From the NCBI GenBank assembly GCA_964016885.1, contig OZ024759.1, forward strand, positions 14,570,001-14,634,000: 64,000 nucleotides of DNA. Direction: 5' to 3'. This DNA comes from Eledone cirrhosa (Eukaryota). The first letter of the stretch is position 1, and every line of letters starts with the position of its first letter. The notes beneath the pieces were generated by a model, which ran no database searches, was not told the DNA's origin, and saw only the letters and a program-made list of their open reading frames with translations. This document shows positions 28,013-41,662 of the stretch, in pieces. The position numbers were made by a program, and so were the translations under genes.

Positions 28013-28013
28013 G

Positions 28014-28045
<32 letters not shown>

Positions 28046-28202
28046 CGCACATGAATATCGGTGAATACACACCCGCATTGCCACCCCACCAATTACACCA
28101 AAATACATACATGCGCCCACAAACAAAAAAAGCCCAATGCCTATATATACCTTCTCGGTCCACATACCACAACAAAAGTATATCTTTTGTCACATCACCA
28201 CT

Positions 28203-28282
28203 CTGAGGGGCAGATCGATACTAGAGTCGAGTCCATAATTCCTATGGGTCACCTTGAGCCAATCGAGTGCGAAACGCGCGTA
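28203..28282 (+). ncRNA. Degenerate hammerhead motif with long stem II (Penelope-like pLTR remnant)
   Basis: CTGAGGG (G in place of A9), stem II GCA...TCGAT...ATCGA...TGC, then GAAAC-GCGC-GTA with a palindromic stem III. Confidence 0.55.
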
Positions 28283-28332
28283 ACAGGTCGATATACAATA
28301 AATATTTTTCATATATAAACGAAACTTTTTTC

Positions 28333-28396
<64 letters not shown>

Positions 28397-28451
28397 GTGA
28401 GGTTTTTTTTACAAAATGAAAAATAACCGAGGTGTCCTACACGAGTGGAAG

Positions 28452-28747
28452 TATAAAGAAAAAGGGATGAAATCGAAAATGCAACTGAAGTCTTATTTTT
28501 TTTTTAAATATATATATTTATTTGGTTCCTTTACCGGTTTCGCAGTTCTTCTGCTTTTCAAAAGGTGAGTTGAGATGGAGGGTCTGTGGTTTTTCTCACG
28601 GATGTGAGAAAAACCACAGACCCTCCATCTCAACTCACCTTTTGAAAAGCAGAAGAACTGCGAAACCGGTAAAGGAACCAAATAAATATATATATTTAAA
28701 AAAAAAATAAGACTTCAGTTGCATTTTCGATTTCATCCCTTTTTCTT

Positions 28748-28751
<4 letters not shown>
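28452..28751. mobile_element. Perfect 300-bp fold-back (148-bp arms, 4-nt loop): inverted pLTR pair
   Basis: 28452-28599 is the reverse complement of 28604-28751; mirrored ORFs in the track agree. Confidence 0.85.
28638..28675 (+). ncRNA. Minimal type I hammerhead with U3-A8 variant core (mirror copy on the minus strand at 28528-28565)
   Basis: CCTT-TTGAAAA-GCAG aagaa CTGC-GAAA-CCGGT-A-AAGG. Confidence 0.7.
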
Positions 28752-28778
<27 letters not shown>

Positions 28779-29143
28779 ATTTGAAGACTAAAATCCAAAG
28801 AGGGCTCGATAAGGATAATATATATCAAATATATAAGAACCGTTGAGCAAATATTTATTAAAATAACAGATTAAAGTTTAAGCAAAGAATCGCTGCTTTC
28901 ACCCTTAACGGGATCTTCTGAAACTAACAAAGTCAATCTGTAAACGCAGAAGTGAATATTTCAAAAACGTTGCAACCGGAGGAAGACGGGTTCATTCGGG
29001 AGAAATCATCAGGAAGCACATGTGGATTTCTCCAGAATGAAACAGTTCTAGTCTTGTAGAAGCCATCTCCATAAATATTGATACTCTGCTATGTATTGAG
29101 TACCTTAGTTACTGTGGTTATAGTATATATATATATTTATATA

Positions 29144-29281
29144 TAACGAAGGAAATGTGGTAAGGAACCAAGTGGACCATAACGCACTAAAGTACTCAAT
29201 ACTTAGGGTAGTAGAGTGGGTAATAGGAACCAGTAAGACCCCGACGGCTGAGCTCAAGCCGTTTCGACGGCTAATTCTGGA
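29144..29281 (-). mobile_element. GCCGTC-GAAAC pLTR-type element; a further partial copy at 29763-29817 (+)
   Basis: Reverse complement of the 25597-25725 sequence type. Confidence 0.7.
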
Positions 29282-29341
29282 CTAAATGAAAATTAATCCT
29301 GGTAATTATTTATATATATATATATATGTGTGTGTGTGGGC

Positions 29342-29583
29342 GTGTGTAAAATTAACAATGTTGAATAATCAACAAACCAAATAACTCATTGTTTATATAT
29401 AAATATATATATATACATATTGTATTATACGTATATATATGTATATATATATATATAATATATATATATATATATTATATATATACATATATATACGTAT
29501 AATACAATATGTATATATATTTATATATAAACAATGAGTTATTTGGTTTGTTGATTATTCAACATTGTTAATTTTACACACAC
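29342..29583. repeat. Fold-back inverted repeat centred in a (TA)n tract; third partial arm at ~29660-29763
   Basis: aaattaacaatgttgaataatcaacaaaccaaataactcattgtt ... aacaatgagttatttggtttgttgattattcaacattgttaattt. Confidence 0.9.
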
Positions 29584-29600
29584 ATACACACACACAGAGA

Positions 29601-29654
<54 letters not shown>

Positions 29655-29677
29655 CATATATATATACGTATAATGCA

Positions 29678-29742
<65 letters not shown>

Positions 29743-30133
29743 AACAATGAGTTATTTGGTTTGAAATAGCCGTCGAAACGGCTTGAGCTCTGCCGTCGGG
29801 GTCATAATTTTTCCTATATATATATAATACAATTTGCTGCGTAGCCAGATCGAACCTAGAAACGCATTCCTTAAACTTAATTTGTGTATGTGTTGTGTGC
29901 ATGCTTGCGCGAGTGTGCATACGCGTGCCCGCGCGCGTGTGTGTGTAAGTCTGTATGTGTATGTGTGTGTGTATGTGTGTGTTGAGGGGCTCCTCAAAGT
30001 GTAATATATAGGTGTGTTTGTATACTGATAATTATGTAATGTATGTGTATATGTCTTTGTTTGCCTGTATCGATCATAACTTGATATGGATTTATAAGGG
30101 TGTGTACGTGTGTGCGTGTGTTTGACCATAAAA

Positions 30134-30176
<43 letters not shown>

Positions 30177-30191
30177 TTATATAATGTATAA

Positions 30192-30282
<91 letters not shown>

Positions 30283-30986
30283 CATATATATACACACAAA
30301 CATATATATTATATATATATATATATACATATATATACAGACATACACACCCACACAAATATATATATGTATATATATATATATATATATACATACACAT
30401 ACACACACACACACTCACACACACACACAAATATATATAAATACATAATATATATATAGGTATACCTTGATACATTTATGTCTGTTTGTGTGTGTTTCAC
30501 CTTTTCCATAATGTCAGGGGTGCGTGTATGACATGTATTGATCAAATTTTGATCCCCCCACACACACATATATATATATATATATGTATGTATGTGTGGG
30601 TGTGTATAATAATGTGTGATATGTATACATTTATCATGTCGTTACTTGTTGAACTCTCTACAGACCTGACACAATCTAATATAAAATTTGTAACTTTATG
30701 CTCACACACACACACACACATACAGCTACACACACACACACGCACACATACACACACGCACAGCTACACAGACACACACACGAACAGCTACACACACACA
30801 CAAACACACACGCACACACACGCACAGCTACACACACACATACACACGCACAGCTATATATATATATATATATATATACATATACACACACACGCGCGCA
30901 CACACATGCACACACTCACACACACACACACACACTCACACACACACACATAAACACACACATACACATTCACAGACACACATATA

Positions 30987-31145
30987 TAGGAAAAGCTTCA
31001 AGACTATTTAGGATATAGCTGTCGAATCGCCTGGAATTCAGCCCTCGGAGTCTTGAATCTTTTCCTATTACCCACTCTACTACCCAAAGTATTGAGTACT
31101 CTGGTGGGTTATGGTACACCTGGTATTTACCACATCCTCTCTGAC
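30987..31145 (+). mobile_element. Diverged GCCGTC-GAAAC pLTR-type element with a short inverted 5' piece
   Basis: ataggaaaagcttcaagact ... agtcttgaatcttttcctattacccactctactacccaaagtattgagtactctgg. Confidence 0.65.
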
Positions 31146-31146
31146 A

Positions 31147-31215
<69 letters not shown>

Positions 31216-31224
31216 ATATATATA

Positions 31225-31650
31225 TGTAAAAGTTAAACAGAAATAACAGCACAATCGGTACAGTATATGGAAGGAATATATTAGGTTAACGTTTGAAATA
31301 CCATGAAGAGAATCTTAAAGTTTTGGACGCTACTCCTTCATCAGAAGAAAGAATGAGAAATAAGATAGATTGAACAAGTGATTCATGTTGTCATCTGTTG
31401 GAAAACTGCTGATGCTGGTGTTTTGTGTATGATATATTATTTTTAAAAGTGGATGATGGAACGCAGAGTTAATATGGAACTCAAATTTAAGCATGCTTTG
31501 TTGTGGAGGTCAACTCTCCATTGGATGTGAATATCTTGTGAAAAATGAGATCATTTACCGTGGACTAATTCTTTACTTAGATATCTTGTATCCCACCTAT
31601 AAATTTTGATTTGTACATCAATTGTCTTGAGGTATTGTTAGGTACTGTGA
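31225..31650 (-). mobile_element. Penelope-like element remnant: pLTR with decayed hammerhead, possibly preceded by a degenerate ORF end
   Basis: 31225-31373 is the reverse complement of 40286-40430; core reads CTGATGA-AGGAG-TAGC-GTCC-AAAA (G12 lost). Assignment of the upstream part is weak. Confidence 0.55.
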
Positions 31651-32077
31651 GGTTATGAGGTTACGCAAATTGTAATATAGTAAATATAGTAACAACTGAT
31701 ATAAACCCTAACAATATCACCATGAATGAAAACCAACACTCGGCCACTTAAATATATATACTTGTTTTTAAGATTGCGGACAGTTTCGAGGTAGCAAGAC
31801 AACGTGGTAGGAAGCAATCGTGGGAGTAAAGTATCGTAATAGTATATCATCAGAATAGATAGTTAATGGCTTTTCCAGCGCATCTCCCTTACTATGATCC
31901 GGGAACTCCTTCTCCATTCTGTCCGCCGGGGATGTGGGTAGGCCAGCACGTGGGACTCCATTTGCTCACCATACAGAAAGATGGAGAGAGCGAGAGGGAT
32001 GGAGGCGATGACAGCGGGAGTTTGGCTCTTCCGTGTTCGGACTCTCTGACTTGTAGGTAATATCATTAGTTTTTCTT

Positions 32078-32265
32078 GGTGGATTGGCACCAATCGGTAG
32101 AGGGTCGGGCGCCATGCTTTGCAGCACAGTTACGTCCCTTTACGGACTGAGTTCAAACCCGTCAAGGTTAACATTGCCTTTCATTCTTACGGGGTGGATA
32201 AAATAAAGTACCAGTAATGTACTGGGATATTGCTGGTCTTGTGCCAAAAGTAGAAACAATTATTT
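32078..32265 (+). mobile_element. tRNA-SINE copy
   Basis: gtggattggca...cggtagagggtcgg...gagttcaaaccc...ataaaataaagtaccag...ttgtgccaaaagtagaaacaatt. Confidence 0.9.
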
Positions 32266-32435
32266 TTTCTTAAAAAAAATGTATTTTTGTTTGCAAGTGC
32301 TTATTGTTATATTGTGTTAGTAAACCATAGTGGTATGAAGCGATAGTTGTAATAGGTCCATTCTGTTAGCAAACCATTCAGTTAGAAAGCCATCGAGAAA
32401 ATAAGGCAACGTAATAACAAACCTGGTGGTCACCC

Positions 32436-33328
32436 TCACCACCACCACCACCATCACCACTCTACTCCCACCAACACTACTACCACCACTACCATTCTAC
32501 TCCCACCACCACCACCACCACCACTCTAATACCACTACTACCACCACCACCACCAACATCACCACTCTACTATTACCAATATCACCACCATCACCACTCT
32601 ACTCCCACCAACACTACTACCACCACCACCACTCTACTCCCACCACCACCACCACCACTCTAATACCACTACTACCACCACCACCAACATCACCACTCTA
32701 CTATTACCAATATCACCACCATCACCACTCTACTCCCACCAACACTACTACCACCACCACCACTCTACTCCCACCACCACCACCACCACCACTCTAATAC
32801 CACTACTACCACCACCACCACCACCATCACCACCAACATCACCACTCTACTATTACCAATATCACCACCATCACCACTCTACTCCCACCAACACTACTAC
32901 CACCACCACCACTCTACTCCCACCACCACCACCACCACCACCACCACTCTAATACCACTACTACCACCACCACCACCACCACCACCACCAACATCACCAC
33001 TCTACTATTACCAATATCACCACCACCACCACCACTCTACTACCACCAACATCACCACCACCACCACCACAATCACCCCGCCCTCCAGCATAACAACAAC
33101 AGCAATAACAACAACAGCAATAACAACAACAGCAGCAACAACAACAACAACAACAACACCATAATTAACCCCCACCATAACAACAACAGCAAGAAGAAGA
33201 AGAAGAAGAAGAAGAAGAAGAAGAAAAAGAAGAAGAAGAAGAAGAAGAAAAAGAAGAAGAAGAAGAAGAAGAAGAAGAAGAAGAAGAAGAAGAAGAAGAA
33301 GAAGAACAACAACAACAACAACAACAAA
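32436..33328. repeat. (CAC)n-derived higher-order repeat followed by (CAA)n and (GAA)n
   Basis: Recurring accaacatcaccactctactattaccaatatcacc blocks; directly visible. Confidence 0.92.
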
Positions 33329-33598
33329 CTGGTCGGCATATATCATATGACATCACTGATCAGGATTTCAAAGGTATATCTCTGACTGTTGATGAGGCTG
33401 GATGCACTGATGAGCTTTCTTAACTCCAGATAGCTTTCAACAGGTGAGGCTGCACGTATATGATGGTGGAGGTGTAGGCTGCTTGAAGGTGGAGTTTATG
33501 CATATTTTCCAATTATTTCATTAATGATATCTTGAATAATTAATTTAACCACAGAAATTGATGAAGTCCTGGAGTTGTCCAACAGCTTTTCTTTGTAC

Positions 33599-33637
<39 letters not shown>

Positions 33638-33732
33638 GTGCACGTTTACATATATATGTATACGTACGTATACATATATGCATGTATATTTTTATATATA
33701 TGTATATATCTATATGTGTATATATATGTATA

Positions 33733-33871
<139 letters not shown>

Positions 33872-34149
33872 TATATCTGTGTGTGTGTGTGTGTACTCTA
33901 GTACAAACTTGCGGTGGGTTATGTATCAGCAGTTACAACAGTGGCATTATACAGTTTCGTTGGGCTGAACACCAACTCATTCAGTCTGCCATATTGCATA
34001 TAACTTGCATATATATATATAGGGGCCGGCCGTTGAAGAAACAACACCACACGTTCGGCCAGCCCCCTATATCATGAAAAAGAAAATCTTTTTTGGGGAA
34101 ATTATTGGATTTTTCCGAATTTAAAGGTTCATGAGGAACTTTCAATGTT

Positions 34150-34549
<400 letters not shown>

Positions 34550-34550
34550 A

Positions 34551-34676
34551 CCAACAAGACAGTGAGTGTGTTCTGTTATTAATTCTGGCAATATTATTTC
34601 AACAATATGACCCTCCCCAAGTATAACAATATTTGTTGTGACACACTATTTCATATCAAAACCTCGCAAAACAAAT
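34551..34676 (+). repeat. Unclassified interspersed repeat; related copies at 40115-40195 (+) and 57163-57305 (-)
   Basis: Shared atgaccctcc..aagtataacaatat and cagtgagtgtgttctgttatt blocks. Confidence 0.75.
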
Positions 34677-34677
34677 A

Positions 34678-34797
<120 letters not shown>

Positions 34798-35039
34798 CAT
34801 TTTCGAAGACTAGATCTTTATATTTGAATAATTTTCTTTTGTCGTTTGTGGGGATTGACACACCAATCAGAAAAGATTTGATTTGCTGCTGCTGCTGTTG
34901 TTGATGTTGTTGTTATTTAAATCTTACTTTGAATTCTGCTTCTTTCCTATATCTAGCCGAATGTCAACCTGACACCTGAAGCAAAATGTCATCATACACA
35001 TATTTTACAATCAATTGTTATACCGTGATGCCACAAGGG

Positions 35040-35196
35040 CACAAGACACCAGTAAATTTCTCCTCAGGACATGGACAATGTCAATCAGCAATATGTTCTG
35101 TATTTCGCGCAGAGATGGCATTTCAGGTATCTGGTGCAAATATTTCTCAATTTATTTTTTCACCATTCCAAGTGCGCCGATTATCACTGGTATTAT
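35040..35196 (-). mobile_element. Second R4/Dong-like 3' fragment
   Basis: Minus strand reads IPVIIGALGMVKK*IEKYLHQIP...IQNILLIDIVHVLRR, homologous to the end of the 3340-4490 element. Confidence 0.75.
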
Positions 35197-36822
35197 TAAT
35201 AATGATTTCTTATATAGGCACATGGCCAGTAATTTGGAGAGAGAGGAAAGTCGATTAATTAATTTTCTACTTTTTGGCACTATGCCAGCAATTATCCCAG
35301 TGTATTACTGATACTTTATGTTACCGACCCCGTAAGGATGAAAGGCAAAGTTAACCTCGACGGGATTTGAACTCAGTCCGTAAAGGGACGTAACTGTGCT
35401 GCAAAGCATGGCGTTCGGCCCTCTACCGATACTGCCAATTCACCAATGGTGTTATTAATAATGGTTTCTTATATAGGCTCAAGGCGAGTAATTTTTTTTT
35501 GGGGGGGAAGTCGATTAAATCGACCCCAGTGCGTTACTGGTACTTTATTTTATTGACCCCGTATGGATGAAAGGCAAAGCTAACCTCGGTGGGATTAGAA
35601 CTCAGACCGTAAAACTCTATGCTGCAAAGCATGGTGTCCGACTCTCTAGCGATACTGCCAATCCACCGCCATACAGGTGTTATTAATAATGATATTATTA
35701 TTATTATTATTATTGGTAGTATGGGTACAGCGTCGGAAAGCATGATTAGCGGCATATAGTTACGCCCCTTTACGCTCTGAGTTCAAATCCTACCGAGGTT
35801 AGCTTTGCCTTTCATTCTTACGGAGTCGATAAATAATGCACTAGTAATGCACTTTGGTCGATTTAATCGATTTCCCCTCGCGACCATTACTGGCCTTGTG
35901 TCTAAAATCAAAAAGCATTATTCAAGCATCGGTAGAGAGTCGGACACCATAATTTACAGCATAAAGTTACGGCCCTTTACGGCCTGAGTTCAAATCCCGC
36001 CGAGGTTATCTTTGCGGGGTTGATAAAATAAAGTAAGATTAATGTCGTCGGATAATTACTGGCCTTGTGCCAAAAGTAGAAACAATTCTTGTTGTCTCAT
36101 CACTCCAAGTCAGCCCTAATCGAAGGCACATATGATCCAACAAATTCCTAACATGGCCACCCCATCTGTTCCTCAGGTAGAATTAAAACAGGACCGTACT
36201 TCCTGGGAAATCAAATATAATCTTGAGTCTGAACTGAATAAACTTGGAATAATAATAATAACAAAAACAACAACCGCCGAGGTTAACTTTCCTTTTCATC
36301 CTTACGGGGTCGATAAAATAAAGTACCAGTAACGCACTAGGGTCGATTTAATCGACTTTCCCAACCTCCAAAATTGCTGGCCTTGTGCCTATATTAGAAA
36401 TCATTATTGGTAGTATAGAGGGCGGTGGATTGGCAGTATCGGTAGAGGGTCGGACGCCATGCTTTCCAGCATAGTTACGTCCCTTTACGATCTGAGTTCA
36501 AATCCCGCCGAGGTTGACTTTGCCTTTCATCCTTACGGGGTCGATAAAATAAAGTACCAGTAATGCACTGGGTAATTGCTGGCCTTGTGCCTAAAGTAGA
36601 AACAATTATTGGTAGTATGGATACAGCGTCGCAAAACATGATTAGCGGCATATAGTTACGGCCCTTCACGTTCTGAGTTCAAATCCCGCCGAGGTTAACT
36701 TTGCCTTTCATCCTTACGGGGTCGATAAAATAAAGTACCAGTCACGCACTGGTGTTCGATTTAATCAACTTTCCCCTCCCAACAAAATTGCTGGCCTTGT
36801 GCCTATATAAGAAAGCATTATC
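35197..36822. mobile_element. Cluster of about 7-8 tRNA-SINE copies (minus-strand group then plus-strand group)
   Basis: Minus-strand B-boxes at ~35364 and 35593; plus-strand gagttcaaatcc at ~35779, 35986, 36494 and 36675; a partial copy at 36274-36410. Confidence 0.92.
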
Positions 36823-37076
36823 AATACATTTTATTTTATTTATTTGTCTCATTGATGTACTTGTGCTACTCTCTCCGCCTCTTATCTATTCAATATATAT
36901 ATATATACTTATCAATGCATGAGTCTGCCACAGGCCTTAGTGATGTCCTTTTCATCTGGCGACAAAAGAGAGCTGTTTTCTATACAACGCCATTCACGGC
37001 GATAACAACAGGACGGCGGCGGAATAGTTGCGGCCTGACATGTTCATATATATATATATGTTTGTTTATTTATTTA

Positions 37077-37166
<90 letters not shown>

Positions 37167-37232
37167 TGTGTGTGTGCATGGAAACATTTATATATATTTT
37201 TATATATATATATAAATATTTATACATATATA

Positions 37233-37650
37233 TACAATATTAAATAAATGGAAAACTATATTTATAAAACCATATTTATTTCATTATATATATTTCGGGG
37301 ATATCATATTAACAATATGCTATGCCTTCATCAGACAAAATACAATATAAACAGTTTTATAGATAAATATATTCGACATACCGTAATAAACATCAACTTC
37401 ATTTGAAGAGGTTCACTCTAGCAGAACCTCTTCAAATGAAGTTGATGTTTATTACGGTATGTCGAATATATTTATCTATAAAACTGTTTATATTGTATTT
37501 TGTCTGATGAAGGCATAGCATATTGTTAATATGATATCCCCGAAATATATATAATGAAATAAATATGGTTTTATAAATATAGTTTTCCATTTATTTAATA
37601 TTGTAAATATACTCCAAGTATTTGTCGAGTGCTTTTATATCAGTTATAAA
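37233..37650. mobile_element. Perfect fold-back (182-bp arms, 9-nt loop) of a Penelope-like pLTR plus a unique 3' tail
   Basis: 37233-37414 is the reverse complement of 37424-37605; hammerhead on each arm; set in (TA)n. Confidence 0.85.
37496..37561 (+). ncRNA. Type I hammerhead motif (mirror copy on the minus strand at ~37277-37342)
   Basis: Stem I TATTTTGT/ATGAAATA; CTGATGA 37504-10; imperfect stem II with CATATT/AATATG; GAAA 37542-45; TATATAT-A. Confidence 0.75.
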
Positions 37651-37689
37651 TATTTACTAGTTGTAACCCAACAATTTTAAATATAACTT

Positions 37690-37715
37690 TACATATACAT
37701 ATATATATATATTTA

Positions 37716-37765
<50 letters not shown>

Positions 37766-37793
37766 TATATATATAGATATATATATATATATT

Positions 37794-37825
<32 letters not shown>

Positions 37826-37869
37826 TATATATATATATATATTTATATATATATTTATATATATATATT

Positions 37870-37900
<31 letters not shown>

Positions 37901-37967
37901 TTATATATATTTATATATATATATTTATATATATATATATTTATATATATATTTATATATATATATT

Positions 37968-37998
<31 letters not shown>

Positions 37999-38041
37999 AT
38001 TTATATATATATATTTATATATATATTTATATATATATATT

Positions 38042-38119
<78 letters not shown>

Positions 38120-38229
38120 TACATATATATTTATGTATATATATACATTTATATATATATATTTATGTATATATATACATATTTATATATATATATTTAT
38201 ATATATATATTTATGTATATATACATATT

Positions 38230-38260
<31 letters not shown>

Positions 38261-38411
38261 GTATATTTATATATATATATTTATATATATATGTATATAT
38301 ATATGTATATTTATTTATATATATATATATATATGTATATATATTTATATGTATATTTATATATATATTTATATATATATGTATATATATTTATATGTAT
38401 ATTTATATATA

Positions 38412-38475
<64 letters not shown>

Positions 38476-38489
38476 AATATATATAAATA

Positions 38490-38541
<52 letters not shown>

Positions 38542-38545
38542 CATA
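37690..38545. repeat. Long imperfect (TA)n tract
   Basis: Directly visible. Confidence 0.97.
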
Positions 38546-38671
38546 GATATATATCATCTATAAATATTAATAATCTACTATCAAGGTATGATGGTATCTG
38601 ACAGGAGACGCTATAAATTGTTTCATCAGGTTTATGAAGACTTGTAGAGAATATCTCTTAAGTGAACAATT

Positions 38672-39191
38672 TTACATGTATGCACACATACACACATGTA
38701 CACACCTGCGTACACATACACACATGTACACATACACACATCCACACATACAGGCAAGTACACACCTGCGTACACATACACACATGTACACATACACACA
38801 TCCACACATACAGACACGTACACACCTGCGTACACATACACACATAAATACACATCCAGACACACAGACAAGTACACACCTGCGTACACATACACACATG
38901 TACACATACACACATAAATACACATCCAGACATACAGACACGTACACACCTGCGTACACATACACACATGTACACATACACACATAAATACACATCCAGA
39001 CACACAGACAAGTACACACCCGTATACACATACACACATGTACACATACACACATAAATACACATCCAGACACACAGACAAGTACACACCCGTATACACA
39101 TACACACATGTACACGTACACACATAAATACAAATCCACACACAGACACAACCATACAGACAAGCACACATCTGCATACACACACCTACAT

Positions 39192-39244
<53 letters not shown>

Positions 39245-39264
39245 TATATATATATATATATATG

Positions 39265-39301
<37 letters not shown>

Positions 39302-39810
39302 TCGTACACATGCAGACAAGCACACACCCACATCCACACACACACACACACACACAAATACACATCCACACACATATATATATATATATACATTCGTATA
39401 CATGCAGACAAGCACCCACCCACAGACACATACACACAAATACACACACACACACACAAATGCATATCCACGCACACGCGCACACACACACACACACATA
39501 TATATATATGTATGTATATATATATATATACATTCGTACACATGCAGACAAGCACACACCCACATCCACACACACACACACACACACACACAAATACACA
39601 TCCACACACATATATATATATATATATATACATTCGTACACATGCAGACAAGCACCCACCCACATACACACATACACACAAATACACACACACACACACA
39701 CCCCCACACACACACACACAGATGCACATCCACGCACAGGCGCGCGCACACACACACACACACACACACATACACACATATATACATATTCGTACACACA
39801 TATATATACA
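38672..39810. repeat. CA-derived minisatellites (60-76-bp units with gtacacacctgcgtacacatacac; then cattcgtacacatgcagacaagcac units)
   Basis: Directly visible; rows 38701 and 38761 are nearly identical. Confidence 0.92.
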
Positions 39811-40075
39811 TATGTGTGCGTGTACGCAACGCACCACCAATATTTGTTGCTGTAGTTTCTAGATACGTTCTCGTAATATCTTTAGAATTACCATTTTATT
39901 ATATTGCTATTATAGTTGTTGTTGTTGTTTTGTGGTCGTTAAATAGTTAAGTCTCTTAAGCGACTCAATGAATAAGACATCGTTTTTTTTTATAAGGCTG
40001 AAACATATATACATGTACATATGTATATACATACATACATACATACATACATACATACATACATACATACATACA

Positions 40076-40108
<33 letters not shown>

Positions 40109-40285
40109 TTCTTATTGGCAACATGACCCTCCCAAAGTATAACAATATCGGTTTCAACACACGATTTCAGATAAAGAATCTTGCTAAACAAATTCAGAAA
40201 CGAAATATATATATATATATCAACATGAATGGATCTGTTATTTTTATCTAAAGACATTTTTCCAATTCCAAGCCGCCCGTCCCCT

Positions 40286-40430
40286 CAATCTATCTTATTT
40301 CTCATTCTTTCTTCTGATGAAAGACTAGCGTCCGAAACATTAAGACCCTCTTCCTGCTATATCAAGCGTTAACCTAATATATCCCTTCCATATACTGTAC
40401 CGATTGTGTTGTTATTTCTGTTTACCTTTA
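40286..40430 (+). mobile_element. Penelope-like pLTR with a partly decayed minimal hammerhead motif at 40314-40342
   Basis: CTGATGA-A-AGAC tagc GTCC-GAAACATTA; same family as 31225-31373. Confidence 0.65.
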
Positions 40431-40522
40431 CAGCTCCGGTCGTTTCGACAGCTAAATTGGAGTTCTGATCTAGCTGTCGAAACGGCCGGAGCTCAGCCTT
40501 CGGGGTCCTAATTCTTTTCCAT
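40430..40522. mobile_element. Inverted pair of GCCGTC-GAAAC-family fragments
   Basis: agctccggtcgtttcgacagcta ... tagctgtcgaaacggccggagct. Confidence 0.65.
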
Positions 40523-40523
40523 A

Positions 40524-40636
<113 letters not shown>

Positions 40637-40874
40637 TTATATATATGTATATACATACATACATACTCACACACTCATTCACTTACACACACACATATAT
40701 ATGTATATAATCGGTATATTTTGATGTCAGCACGGCTTTGAGGAAACAACAGCAATAACCCGCCATAATATATCACAGAATGGAAACTGCATGTGCAATA
40801 ATTATTCATGTATTGTTTGTTCATGTAATAGCTGTTTGATGAGGTTGTAACTGTTACATAACAGCTACCATCCA

Positions 40875-41345
40875 TTGCTATTTACCACACCTGTAGGGTT
40901 GCTAATTACCATTCTTGTGCTAACCAGCACACCTGCGGAGTTAATACCACACCTGTAGTATTTCTAATTACCACACCTCTTCTACTGCTAACTGTCACAC
41001 CTGCCAAGTTGATATCATACCTGCAGTGTTGCTAATTACCATTCCTCTACTGCTGCTAACTGTCACACCTGCCAAGTTGATATCATACCTGCAGTGTTGC
41101 TAATTACCATTCCTCTACTGCTGCTAACTGTCCCACCTGCCAAGCTGATATCATACCTGCAGTGTTGCTAATTACCACACCCATGGTGTTGCTAATTACC
41201 ACACATGTCCTACTGCTAACTATCACACCTGCCAAATTGATGCCACACCTGCAGTATTGCTACTTAACGCATCTCTAGTATTGCTAACTACCACACCTGT
41301 ACTGCTGCTAACTATCACACCTGTATTATTGTTGTCGCACCTATA
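40875..41345. repeat. 68-bp tandem repeat built from ~22-24-bp gctaaYtaYcacacctg subunits
   Basis: tgtcMcacctgccaag at 40993, 41061 and 41129. Confidence 0.88.
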
Positions 41346-41419
41346 GTCTTGCTACATTTCTTGCATCCAGTATTGAAGCTCAACTTTATAATTGATAACT
41401 GTTTAGTCACCCCATGTGT

Positions 41420-41662
41420 GTTATTGTTGCTAACTGTGACAAACACAGAGATTGCTAACTACTACTTATTTCTAATTAACAACAACCTTATAACTAGTAA
41501 TCAGGAAACCATGCTAATGCTATTGTTGCTAACTGTGACAAGTACAGAAATTGTTAACTACTACTTATTTCTAATTAACAACAACCTTATAACTAATAAT
41601 CAGGAAACCATGCTAATGCTGTTCTTGCTAATTGCGACAAGTACAGAAATTGCAGGCTACCA
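41420..41662. repeat. 99-bp tandem repeat, about 2.4 copies
   Basis: Seen as a 33-aa repeat in ORF 41349-41762. Confidence 0.9.

Noticed and set aside
28853-28925. Hammerhead-like CAGAAGA-TCCC...GGGT-GAAA on the minus strand (second copy at 46440-46508)
   Set aside because: A real two-copy repeat, but U4 is replaced and stems I and III do not pair convincingly.
33406-33445. CTGATGA followed by a short stem (also at 38620-38630, minus)
   Set aside because: No GAAA at the required position.
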